From a virus (lineage: Duplodnaviria; Caudoviricetes), in IMG/VR virus record IMGVR_UViG_3300012163_000002, positions 1 to 58,995 of that record: a stretch of DNA of 58,995 nucleotides; one strand, written 5' to 3'. Position 1 is the first letter of the stretch. The number at the start of each line of letters is the position of its first letter. The position numbers were made by a program, and so were the translations under genes. The notes under the pieces were generated by a model. The model made no database searches. It saw nothing but the letters and a program-made list of their open reading frames with translations, and was not told the origin of the DNA. Below are positions 48,707 to 56,424 of this stretch, piece after piece.

Positions 48707-49083
48707 GGGATGCGAAACTAAAGGCTCGGGAGCGCGTGAACTATCTCGTGCGAACAGGTGCGATTCCGCGTCCCGAGCATTTTTGCTGCACTGACTGTTC
48801 ACGCCGTGCACAGGAATACGATCACGCTAGCGGCTATGCGCGCGAACACTGGGAGACAGTCGAGCCCGTCTGCCGCAGCTGCCATCATCGGCGCGACAAT
48901 TGGAAATCAAAACTAACGCACTGCAAGCACGGACACGAGTTCACTCCCGGGAATACAATGAAGAGGGCAAGTGGTCGCGGCTGTCGTGCATGTCACAGGA
49001 TCCAGGTAAAGGCTCGGCAGACAGCTGCTTGGTGGCGTGAGTACCGAAAGAAACGAAAGAAAAGAGAGAGAGCAAATGGCTGA
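48703..49083 (+). CDS. HNH-like endonuclease with C-terminal Zn domain
   Basis: C..C..YDH..VC.SCH, THCKHGHEF..NT..CRAC; lower GC than flanks. Confidence 0.75.
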   Translation: MRDAKLKARERVNYLVRTGAIPRPEHFCCTDCSRRAQEYDHASGYAREHWETVEPVCRSCHHRRDNWKSKLTHCKHGHEFTPGNTMKRASGRGCRACHRIQVKARQTAAWWREYRKKRKKRERANG

Positions 49084-49840
49084 GAACACGATCATTGCTT
49101 GGACGGAATTTAGCTGGAACGGATTCATTGGCTGCCAGAAGGTTAGCGCGGGCTGTAAATTTTGCTACGCAGAGGCGTTGGTCACTGGACGCATGGGACG
49201 TCCAGGGTTGTGGGGCCCGAAGGGCGAACGCCAGCGCACAACCGCCTCGTACTGGCGTAAACCGATCAAGTGGAATCGCGAAGCATTCGAGCGCGGCACA
49301 TCCATGCGAGTGTTCAGCGCTTCGCTCTCGGATGTGTTCGAGGATCACCCGACAATCAATGCCGGACGTGCCGACTTCTGGAATCTGATCCGCTCGACCC
49401 CCGGTCTCGACTGGCAGTTGCTCACGAAGCGGCCCGAGAACATCGCGCGCAACCTGCCCGCAGACTGGGGCGAGGGTTGGGATCACGTGTGGCTCGGGAC
49501 GTCCGTCGAGGACGCGCGCGTCGCGCATCGCGCGCAGACGCTCGCGACGATCCCAGCGGCCGTGCGGTTCATTTCATACGAGCCCGCGATCGGCCCGCTC
49601 GCGCAGACGATCGATCTCGCCGGCATCGACTGGGTGATCTACGGCGGCGAGTCTGGCCCCGGATACCGGAGCGAGGACAAGCAATGGGCGCGCGACATGC
49701 ACGCGCTCTGCTCCGAGCAGGGCGTTGCGTTCTTCCACAAGCAAAGCGCCGGCTATCGAACCGAGCTGGGCATCGAGCTGGACGGCAAGATCGTGCGCGA
49801 GTACCCACGGGAGCGACGTTCGCTCTCGCTGTTCAAGTGA
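49076..49840 (+). CDS. DUF5131 (phage Gp37/Gp68) three-Cys radical-SAM-like protein
   Basis: I.WT..SWN...GCQKVSAGCKFCYAE, VF..SLSD.F, LLTKRP, FIS.EP, WVI.GGESG, FFHKQ. Confidence 0.92.
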   Translation: MAENTIIAWTEFSWNGFIGCQKVSAGCKFCYAEALVTGRMGRPGLWGPKGERQRTTASYWRKPIKWNREAFERGTSMRVFSASLSDVFEDHPTINAGRADFWNLIRSTPGLDWQLLTKRPENIARNLPADWGEGWDHVWLGTSVEDARVAHRAQTLATIPAAVRFISYEPAIGPLAQTIDLAGIDWVIYGGESGPGYRSEDKQWARDMHALCSEQGVAFFHKQSAGYRTELGIELDGKIVREYPRERRSLSLFK

Positions 49841-49869
49841 ACCGACAATCGAAAGAGAGAGATCCATCG

Positions 49870-50310
49870 ATGAGCCACAGACAAGACGATGCACACGACG
49901 AACACGTCCGCCGCGAGGTGCCTGACAACTTCCTCGAGCCGCCGGCGATCGCGCGGAAGGCCTCCGACGAGATCGTTGCGAAGCTTGAATTCGACGAGAA
50001 GTTCGCGCCCGTTCCTCAGCCCGTTGAAGTGATGCGCGTCGCTGTTGTGTCGACGAGGCATCTGTCGCAAGGGGAGGCCGATGAGGCCTGCGGCGATTGG
50101 CCGACGGAGGTGTACGAAAGCGAGCTCGGGTTCGTTGTGTGGGTTGGTGAGGTCTTCTACGAGCAGTTCAAGAGCCTGCCCGAGGAGGAACGCGAACGCT
50201 GGCCCGGTCTGTTCGTGGCCGCGACGTGGGCGCGCGCGCTTGGTCTCGACTGGGTGCGCTTTGATCGCGACGGCGACGAGCAGCCGGGGCTGTCGATGTT
50301 CGACTGGTAG
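49870..50310 (+). CDS. Hypothetical protein (DUF5983-like)
   Basis: VSTRHL..G.VV..ARA.G.DW.RFD.DG....L..FDW. Confidence 0.7.
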   Translation: MSHRQDDAHDEHVRREVPDNFLEPPAIARKASDEIVAKLEFDEKFAPVPQPVEVMRVAVVSTRHLSQGEADEACGDWPTEVYESELGFVVWVGEVFYEQFKSLPEEERERWPGLFVAATWARALGLDWVRFDRDGDEQPGLSMFDW

Positions 50311-50316
50311 CAATCT

Positions 50317-50379
50317 GGGCGCGCGCGACTGCTGGCTCCGTCTCTCTCCGAGGTTGGTGGTCGCGCGCGCCCTTTCTTT
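50317..50379 (+). terminator. Intrinsic terminator
   Basis: GGGCGCGCGCGACTGC / GTGGTCGCGCGCGCCC plus TTTCTTT. Confidence 0.7.
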
Positions 50380-50737
50380 CCCTGTGCCGCGCGCCATTCC
50401 AATCGGCCCCTACGCTCGCGCGGCCCTACCCCCCCCCTCCTACATCCCGGCCGGCGAGCACGCGCCTACGGGGCCCACAGGCCGCCCACAACAGGCCCCA
50501 GGCCCTATCCCCAGGGCCCGCCCCTCCATCTTCCGTGGCAGTTTGTTTTTCTTCGATTTCAGTCCTACGTACTCAAGTTCTAGCTGTCATCCTTCCGATA
50601 GGCAGTGACATACTAGACGCACCGGACCGCGACTTACGGCGATCGGCCAAGAAATCCGAGATAGGCAGTACGCGCACCGGCATGGTGCGGCTAGTATCTA
50701 GGACGTGCGGCAAGTAAACCGCCACTAAGGAGACAAC

Positions 50738-50947
50738 ATGAAGACGACTAAGGCAACGAAGCGCATGCAGTTCATCGAAGGCATCAAGGCAAAGATCGTG
50801 GAGGGCGTCCCCGTCGGGATCGGAGACGAGGCGCAAGTGCGCGCCGCAATCGCGCGATACGAGGCTGGAGAAAGGCCGCGAGACCCGTTCGAGAGCGGCG
50901 TGTTCGCGATGTGCGAGCAGATCCAGAAGCAGATCGAGAGGACGTGA
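50738..50947 (+). CDS. IS passenger protein 1
   Basis: 69 aa; SD TAAGGAG. Confidence 0.7.
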   Translation: MKTTKATKRMQFIEGIKAKIVEGVPVGIGDEAQVRAAIARYEAGERPRDPFESGVFAMCEQIQKQIERT

Positions 50948-50950
50948 GCC

Positions 50951-51187
50951 GTGGCCGTGCTCAAGGACAAGCCCACGGCTGAAACGCACTTCACCGACTC
51001 GGATCGTGTCGCGCTTGCAACGCGCCCCGGTCTGAGTTGGTGGGGTCCGCTCGAAGCTGCGCGATGCGAGCACGGCCACCTCTACTTCTACAAGTGGACG
51101 TGGCGGGAAGACATCTCCGACGGCGATCCGATCGAGCTGGAGAACGACTGCGCGAAATGCAACCCGCAAGACGAAGACGAGGACTGA
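50951..51187 (+). CDS. IS passenger protein 2 (CxxG/CxxC)
   Basis: 78 aa; CEHGH and CAKC; SD GAGG. Confidence 0.65.
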   Translation: MAVLKDKPTAETHFTDSDRVALATRPGLSWWGPLEAARCEHGHLYFYKWTWREDISDGDPIELENDCAKCNPQDEDED

Positions 51188-51190
51188 CCC

Positions 51191-52150
51191 GTGACCGACA
51201 CCCCGAACACCCTGCTCGAAGCCGCGCGCTACTTCGCCGACCTCGACCGTTGCGAAGAGTACATGGCCGAGATCCGCTGGCCCGATGGCAAGCCGTATTG
51301 CCCTGCGTGCGGCGCAGACCGCATCGGCGCGATTGCGACGCGCCGTTTGCTCCGCTGCAAGGACTGCCGACGCCAGTTCTCGCACAAAATCGGCACCATC
51401 TTCGAAGACTCGCCGCTCGGCCTCGACAAGTGGTTCGTCGCCGTGTGGTCCATCGCCAACTGCAAGAACGGGATTAGCTCGCATGAGCTTGCCCGCGCGC
51501 TCGGCGTGACGCAGAAAACAGCATGGTTCATGCTCCACCGAATCCGCAAGGCGATGGAGACCAAAGACTTCTCCAAGTTCGACGGTCCGGCCGAGGCTGA
51601 CACGACATACGTCGGCGGCAAGGCCGACAACATGCACGCCGCTCGCCGCGCCAAGCTCATCCACGGGCGCGGCGCGGTCGGCAAGACGGCCGTGCATGGC
51701 GTGCTCCAGCGCACCACGGATGCCGCTCCGAGTCGCGTGACAGCGGTGGTGCTCACGGGCGAGGACAACGCCGAGCGCGCGCAGATCGCTCGCCACGTCG
51801 CGCGCGGAGCGGAAGTCTTCACCGACGACGCTCGCACCTACGATGCGCTCGGCGAGACGTTCGCGCACGAGGCCGTCGACCACTCGCGGGAGTACGTGCG
51901 CGGGCACGTCCACACGAACGGCATCGAGAACTTCTGGTCGTTCTTCAAGCGCACGCTCAAGGGCACCTACATCCACGTCGCGCCGTTCCACCTGTCGCGC
52001 TACACGACCGAGCAAGTGTTTCGGTTCAACGCGCGCAAGGACAACGACGGTGGCCGATTCCGTGACGCGCTGGCCGGAGTGTTCGGCCGCCGCTTGACCT
52101 ACCGCCTGCTCACCGGGATCGACGGCGCGGGCTTCATGTCGCTGACCTAG
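51191..52150 (+). CDS. IS1595-family DDE transposase
   Basis: Zn ribbon CPAC..CKDC, HTH ISSHELARALGVTQKTAW, catalytic EADT / FTDD / TNGIE. Confidence 0.95.
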   Translation: MTDTPNTLLEAARYFADLDRCEEYMAEIRWPDGKPYCPACGADRIGAIATRRLLRCKDCRRQFSHKIGTIFEDSPLGLDKWFVAVWSIANCKNGISSHELARALGVTQKTAWFMLHRIRKAMETKDFSKFDGPAEADTTYVGGKADNMHAARRAKLIHGRGAVGKTAVHGVLQRTTDAAPSRVTAVVLTGEDNAERAQIARHVARGAEVFTDDARTYDALGETFAHEAVDHSREYVRGHVHTNGIENFWSFFKRTLKGTYIHVAPFHLSRYTTEQVFRFNARKDNDGGRFRDALAGVFGRRLTYRLLTGIDGAGFMSLT

Positions 52151-52160
52151 GAGACCGTCA

Positions 52161-52298
52161 ATGGCCGAAGATCGAAAGCCGCGAGGCTGGTCCAAGTTCG
52201 ATGCGCTCGCGCGCAAGCTGACCGCCGTTCCGAAAGAGGCGGTCGAGAAGGCAATCGCCAAGACGCCCAAGCGGAAGCGCCGCAAGCGGAGCCGCTGA
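52161..52298 (+). CDS. Small basic IS-associated peptide, 45 aa (not in ORF track)
   Basis: MAEDRKPRGWSKFDALARKLTAVPKEAVEKAIAKTPKRKRRKRSR; SD AGGAG. Confidence 0.7.
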   Translation: MAEDRKPRGWSKFDALARKLTAVPKEAVEKAIAKTPKRKRRKRSR

Positions 52299-52378
52299 AA
52301 CGTGAGCCACGCCGATGTTCTCAACCTGCAATTACTCATGGTGCGCGAAGTATGTCACTGCCTTCCGATAGATAGGAC

Positions 52379-52495
52379 ATGAAGCACGCAACGGAACAAG
52401 TGACCCAGGCCGAAGTGAACCGCGAGACGACACTGGTTCAGTACCTCGGAATTACGCTGTACGTCGAAACCCTTTCCTATCTCGTCAACAAGTAG
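52379..52495 (+). CDS. Possible 38-aa peptide
   Basis: MKHATEQVTQ..LVNK; ATG 7 nt after TCCGATAG. Confidence 0.35.
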   Translation: MKHATEQVTQAEVNRETTLVQYLGITLYVETLSYLVNK

Positions 52496-52502
52496 ACCCA
52501 CC

Positions 52503-52979
52503 ATGAGCTTCCGCAATCGAGCAATCACGGCGCGCGCCCTCGCCGACAAGCTGAACCGGCCGAGGGCGCACGATGCCGGCATGGCGCAGGCCTTTCCTCT
52601 CGGTGCAGGTTTCGGCCGGCGCGGCTCCGAGAAACGCATCGAGTCTTCGATCGATCGCGCTGTGCGCGCCGTCGATGCGGAGAAGCGCGCTCGCTACTTG
52701 GAGGCGCAGGCCGACGCCTTCGACCGTGGCGAGATCGATGCGCAAGGCCGTTGCTGGAGCGTCGAGCAGCAGGCGCGTGCGGATAAGCGCGAGAGCGCGA
52801 AGGAACGTCGCGAGGCGCGCATTGCTGCCGCGCGCCAGCTCCGCGACAGCTTGCCGCGCGAGACGCTCTCACCTGAAACATGGGCCGACGCCGCTGGATG
52901 TTTGGCCGGCAGCGCGCGCGCGATGCTCATTTCCGAGCAGCGTGAGTACGCCTTGCTCGCGAGTGAGGTGAAGAGTTGA
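52503..52979 (+). CDS. Hypothetical helical protein
   Basis: 158 aa, coupled to the next gene. Confidence 0.7.
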   Translation: MSFRNRAITARALADKLNRPRAHDAGMAQAFPLGAGFGRRGSEKRIESSIDRAVRAVDAEKRARYLEAQADAFDRGEIDAQGRCWSVEQQARADKRESAKERREARIAAARQLRDSLPRETLSPETWADAAGCLAGSARAMLISEQREYALLASEVKS

Positions 52980-53206
52980 GTAAAGAGACCTTTATCGAGC
53001 TGGACGCGCCGCGCTTCTGGTGCTGCCCTACGTGCGGCTGCACGGATGTCGAGGGGACAGCTTGGGTGCACGTCAATACCGACGTCATCGCCAACGGTGA
53101 CCCGCCGACTGACGATTACTGGTGCCCTCAGTGTGAGGACCATCCTGGGCGACTATCCGAGACGACGACGTTGAAACCGTACCAGGCTCAGGAAAGGAGC
53201 GTGTGA
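52976..53206 (+). CDS. Small Zn-ribbon protein
   Basis: CPTCGCTDV..AWV..N..WCPQC. Confidence 0.7.
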   Translation: MSKETFIELDAPRFWCCPTCGCTDVEGTAWVHVNTDVIANGDPPTDDYWCPQCEDHPGRLSETTTLKPYQAQERSV

Positions 53207-53210
53207 GCGC

Positions 53211-53921
53211 ATGGAGATCCCGAGCAAGATTCACAAAGTCTGCGCAACCAAGTCCGGCCGTTACGCAATGGCGAGCGTGGCCTACGATCCGAGTGGGTGC
53301 GGTCCGATTACCGGCCCGTGCCTTGTCGCTACCGATGGTCGACGCGCCGTAGTGGTCGGCGTGACCGCAGACGAGGGTGCGCCAGACAAGCAAGTGCTGA
53401 TCCCGCGCGAGGCTGTCGAGGCAGCACACAAGGCCACGCGTGGAGACAAGCACAAGCGCCCGCCGGTGCTGAGCCTGAGTGGATCCGTGATCGCTCCGCA
53501 CGCTTCGGGTGCGCCGACATGGGCGTACACCGAAGGTGAGTTCCCTCGTCTCGCGCCGCTGATTCCTCGCGGCGAGCCTCATGTTCGCGTGAACCTGAAC
53601 GCGCGCTATCTGCATGAGATTGCCGAGGCGCTTGGGAGCGAGGGATGGGTCGAGCTGGAGTTGCGCAAAGGACCGGGCCCCGTCGTTGTCCGCGCGTACA
53701 GCTTCGGAAGTGAGCCAGCGCTGCAGAATCGAATCGGCATCCTCATGCCGATCGGCAATGGGACAGAGATCGCTGCAGACCCAATCTCGCCTCCGACGGT
53801 GGAGTTGGCAACAGGCGCCGACGGTGTTGCCGTTCCCGAGGTTGTCACGCTCACCGCTGGCCAGAAGGCGGCCGCGACGCGCAAGCGGAACGAGAAAGCG
53901 CGTAAGGAGCGGAAGCCTTGA
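53211..53921 (+). CDS. Partial DNA polymerase III beta-clamp-like protein
   Basis: RYAM..V, LVATDGRR, EGEFP, LNARYL, ILMPI resemble DnaN domains 2-3. Confidence 0.7.
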   Translation: MEIPSKIHKVCATKSGRYAMASVAYDPSGCGPITGPCLVATDGRRAVVVGVTADEGAPDKQVLIPREAVEAAHKATRGDKHKRPPVLSLSGSVIAPHASGAPTWAYTEGEFPRLAPLIPRGEPHVRVNLNARYLHEIAEALGSEGWVELELRKGPGPVVVRAYSFGSEPALQNRIGILMPIGNGTEIAADPISPPTVELATGADGVAVPEVVTLTAGQKAAATRKRNEKARKERKP

Positions 53922-55603
53922 AGACGATCCAGCTAGGCGACGGGCTCACGCTCCCGATCGACATCATCACGATGCGCTCGCTCGTGCTCGGTGTGTCGGG
54001 CTCCGGCAAGTCGACGTTTGGGCGCCTGCTCGCCGAGAAGATCCACGAGGCCGGGCAGCGCTTCTGCGTGATCGACCTCAAGAACGATTGGTGGGGGCTG
54101 AAGAGCTCTGCCGACGGCAAGCGCGCCGCGATCCCTATCGTGATCATCGGCGGACCGCGCGCGGACATCCCGCTCGACGAGAACGCCGGCGCCGCGGTTG
54201 CGGACATCGTCGCGGAGACGCCGCACTCCTTCGTGATCGATCTCGACCAGCTGTCGAAGAGCAAGGGCATTCGATTCCTCGGCGTGTTCCTTGAGCGGCT
54301 GTACGACGTGAACCGCGAGCCGTTGCTGCTGATCTGCGACGAGGCCGACCGCTACGCGCCGCAGAAGCCGATGAGCGTCGAGGCCAACGTCACGCTCGGC
54401 GCGGCCGACGACATCGCCAGGCGCGGGCGCAAGCGCGGCATCGGTTCGCTCTGGCTGTCGCAGCGCCCGGCGGTGATCGCGAAGAACGTGACCAGCCAGT
54501 GCGAGCTCGTCGTCACGTTCCGCACGACGTCGTCTCTCGACCTGAAGGAGTTGAAGGATCACATCGGCCGAGTTGCCTCGTCCGAGCAGGTAGCTGCGAC
54601 GATGAGCCAAGTCGCCGGGCTGCGCGACGGGCAGGCGATCCTGATGAGCCAGCACCCGCACCTGCGCGTCTTCAAGACGGCGCAGTTCCCCATGCCGGCG
54701 ACGTTCGACAGCTCGGCCACGCCGCGGATCGGCACGCGCCGCGCGGAGCCGAAGCAGCTCGCGGCGCCGGATCTCGACGCCCTCGGCGATCGCATCCGCG
54801 CCGCGGCCGAGAAGGCGAAGGCCTCGGACCCCAAGCACCTCCAGGCTCGCGTGCGTGAGCTCGAGCTGCAGCTGAAGAAGGCGGATGCTCGCGCGCCGCA
54901 GGTCGAGCGCGTCAACGTCCCAGTGCTGGGCGACGGCGAGATCGTCAAGCTGCGCGGTCTTGTCTCTGACCTGGACTTGGCCGGCAAGCGCGCCTGCGAG
55001 CATGCGGCGCTGATGTTCGACGCGATTGGACGTGCGGTGGCGGCTTGGGGCGTCCCTGTCCTGCTGCAGCGCCGCGATCCTGCGCCGCGACACACGAACA
55101 GCGCCGCGGTTCCGCGTCAGCCGGTGCTGCGCCAGGTGAGCGAGCGCGACGAGCTGCCGAAGGGCGAGCGCGCTGTGCTCATCGCCTGCGCGCAGTATCC
55201 CGACGGCGTGAAGCGCGACCAGCTCACGATCCTGACCGGATACAAGCGGTCGACTAGGGACGCGTACGTGCAGCGCCTGCGCGAGCGTGAGTTCGTCGAG
55301 GACCATCACGGCGACATCATCGCCACGCCCGTCGGCGTCGAGGCCCTGGGTTCGGACTTCGAACCGCTCCCGACCGGCGCTGCGCTGCGCGAGCATTGGC
55401 TCGGGCGACTGCCGGAGGGTGAGCGGCGCGTGCTTGAGGTTCTGCTCCAGCACTACCCGAAGGCTGTTGAGCGTTCGCTGCTCGATGGACCGACCGGCTA
55501 TCAGCGGTCAACGAGAGACGCTTACCTGCAGCGCCTCGCGTCACGTCGTCTAATCGTGCAGGTCGGCCGCGGCGAAGTGCGTGCGAGCCAGGAGCTGTTC
55601 TAG
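53918..55603 (+). CDS. HerA/DUF87-like ATPase with tandem C-terminal winged helices
   Basis: GVSGSGKS, VIDL, ICDEAD, RRGRKRG, SQRPA; two GER..TGY.RSTRDAY.QRL repeats. Confidence 0.88.
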   Translation: MKTIQLGDGLTLPIDIITMRSLVLGVSGSGKSTFGRLLAEKIHEAGQRFCVIDLKNDWWGLKSSADGKRAAIPIVIIGGPRADIPLDENAGAAVADIVAETPHSFVIDLDQLSKSKGIRFLGVFLERLYDVNREPLLLICDEADRYAPQKPMSVEANVTLGAADDIARRGRKRGIGSLWLSQRPAVIAKNVTSQCELVVTFRTTSSLDLKELKDHIGRVASSEQVAATMSQVAGLRDGQAILMSQHPHLRVFKTAQFPMPATFDSSATPRIGTRRAEPKQLAAPDLDALGDRIRAAAEKAKASDPKHLQARVRELELQLKKADARAPQVERVNVPVLGDGEIVKLRGLVSDLDLAGKRACEHAALMFDAIGRAVAAWGVPVLLQRRDPAPRHTNSAAVPRQPVLRQVSERDELPKGERAVLIACAQYPDGVKRDQLTILTGYKRSTRDAYVQRLREREFVEDHHGDIIATPVGVEALGSDFEPLPTGAALREHWLGRLPEGERRVLEVLLQHYPKAVERSLLDGPTGYQRSTRDAYLQRLASRRLIVQVGRGEVRASQELF

Positions 55604-55869
55604 TGGAGACGCTCAAGGAGAAGCTTGAGGCTATCAGGGCCGAGTTGGGACGGTCGCGCGTGCGCGTGGCCGATCTGGAGCTGCACATCCGCGATCTGCT
55701 ATCGTGCGTCCAGGCCAACGGCGGCCGCGGCGGCGGCGGACAAGTCAACCCGATGTTCTTTTCGATCAAGAGCGTGGACGACTACGCGAAGGTGGCGACG
55801 AAGGCGCGGGACGCGCTCGAAGCGCGCAGCGATTTCCAAGTTTCCCCCCTTGCGCGTTCCGGACCGTAG
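55603..55869 (+). CDS. Hypothetical protein
   Basis: GTG overlapping the upstream TAG; coiled coil. Confidence 0.55.
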   Translation: METLKEKLEAIRAELGRSRVRVADLELHIRDLLSCVQANGGRGGGGQVNPMFFSIKSVDDYAKVATKARDALEARSDFQVSPLARSGP

Positions 55870-55937
55870 GCATTCACTTGGTAAATCGGCGTTGCACTTC
55901 GCTGCGCCGACGACAACCCTTGACCCAGGACAGACCC

Positions 55938-56408
55938 ATGAAGATGTTGTTCGCAGCGATCGCGATCGTGCTGTGTGCCGGCGTGGCCCTTTCGGAAGCG
56001 GCGTCCGTGCCGACCCTGCCGACCACCGCGCCGACGATGAAGAAGGTGAAGCCCGGCGACCCGTGCTACACGAACAAGGATCTCGTGACCGTGTGCAACA
56101 CGGGCGAGTCGACGGCCGGTGATATCACGATCGACCCGCAGACTGGCTCGACGACGTCCTCGACGACCGTCGAGTTCAAGAACAACGCGACCGGCAGCGT
56201 GACCGGCATCGACAGTAACGACGTCGTGAACACGGCCGCTGGATCGCACGCGACGATCACTGGCACGGGCGGAACGGTGAACCTCGGGCCGGGCAGCTTC
56301 GGCACGATCACCAATTCGGCGCCGGCCGGCGGCGGTTCGATCACAGTCAAGACGGGCGGCGCGACGATCAGCGTTCCGCCTGGCAGTACGATCGGCTTCG
56401 GCGGTTGA
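55938..56408 (+). CDS. Secreted Thr/Gly-rich beta protein
   Basis: MKMLFAAIAIVLCAGVALSEA signal peptide; SD AGGA. Confidence 0.75.
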   Translation: MKMLFAAIAIVLCAGVALSEAASVPTLPTTAPTMKKVKPGDPCYTNKDLVTVCNTGESTAGDITIDPQTGSTTSSTTVEFKNNATGSVTGIDSNDVVNTAAGSHATITGTGGTVNLGPGSFGTITNSAPAGGGSITVKTGGATISVPPGSTIGFGG

Positions 56409-56424
56409 CGCTTCGGAGCTGACA

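Larger units (their letters stand above)
50601..52362 (+). mobile_element. Complete IS1595-family element, 1762 bp, with passenger ORFs
   Basis: TIRs 50601-50623 and 52340-52362 (20/23 match, outer 14 perfect); target duplication TTCCGATA at 50593-50600 and 52363-52370. Confidence 0.93.

Noticed and set aside
50573-52339. 588-aa antisense ORF spanning the whole IS, starting at the inner edge of the right TIR
   Set aside because: It shares the codon register of the sense genes and has no recognisable motifs; such shadow ORFs are common in this GC-rich genome.
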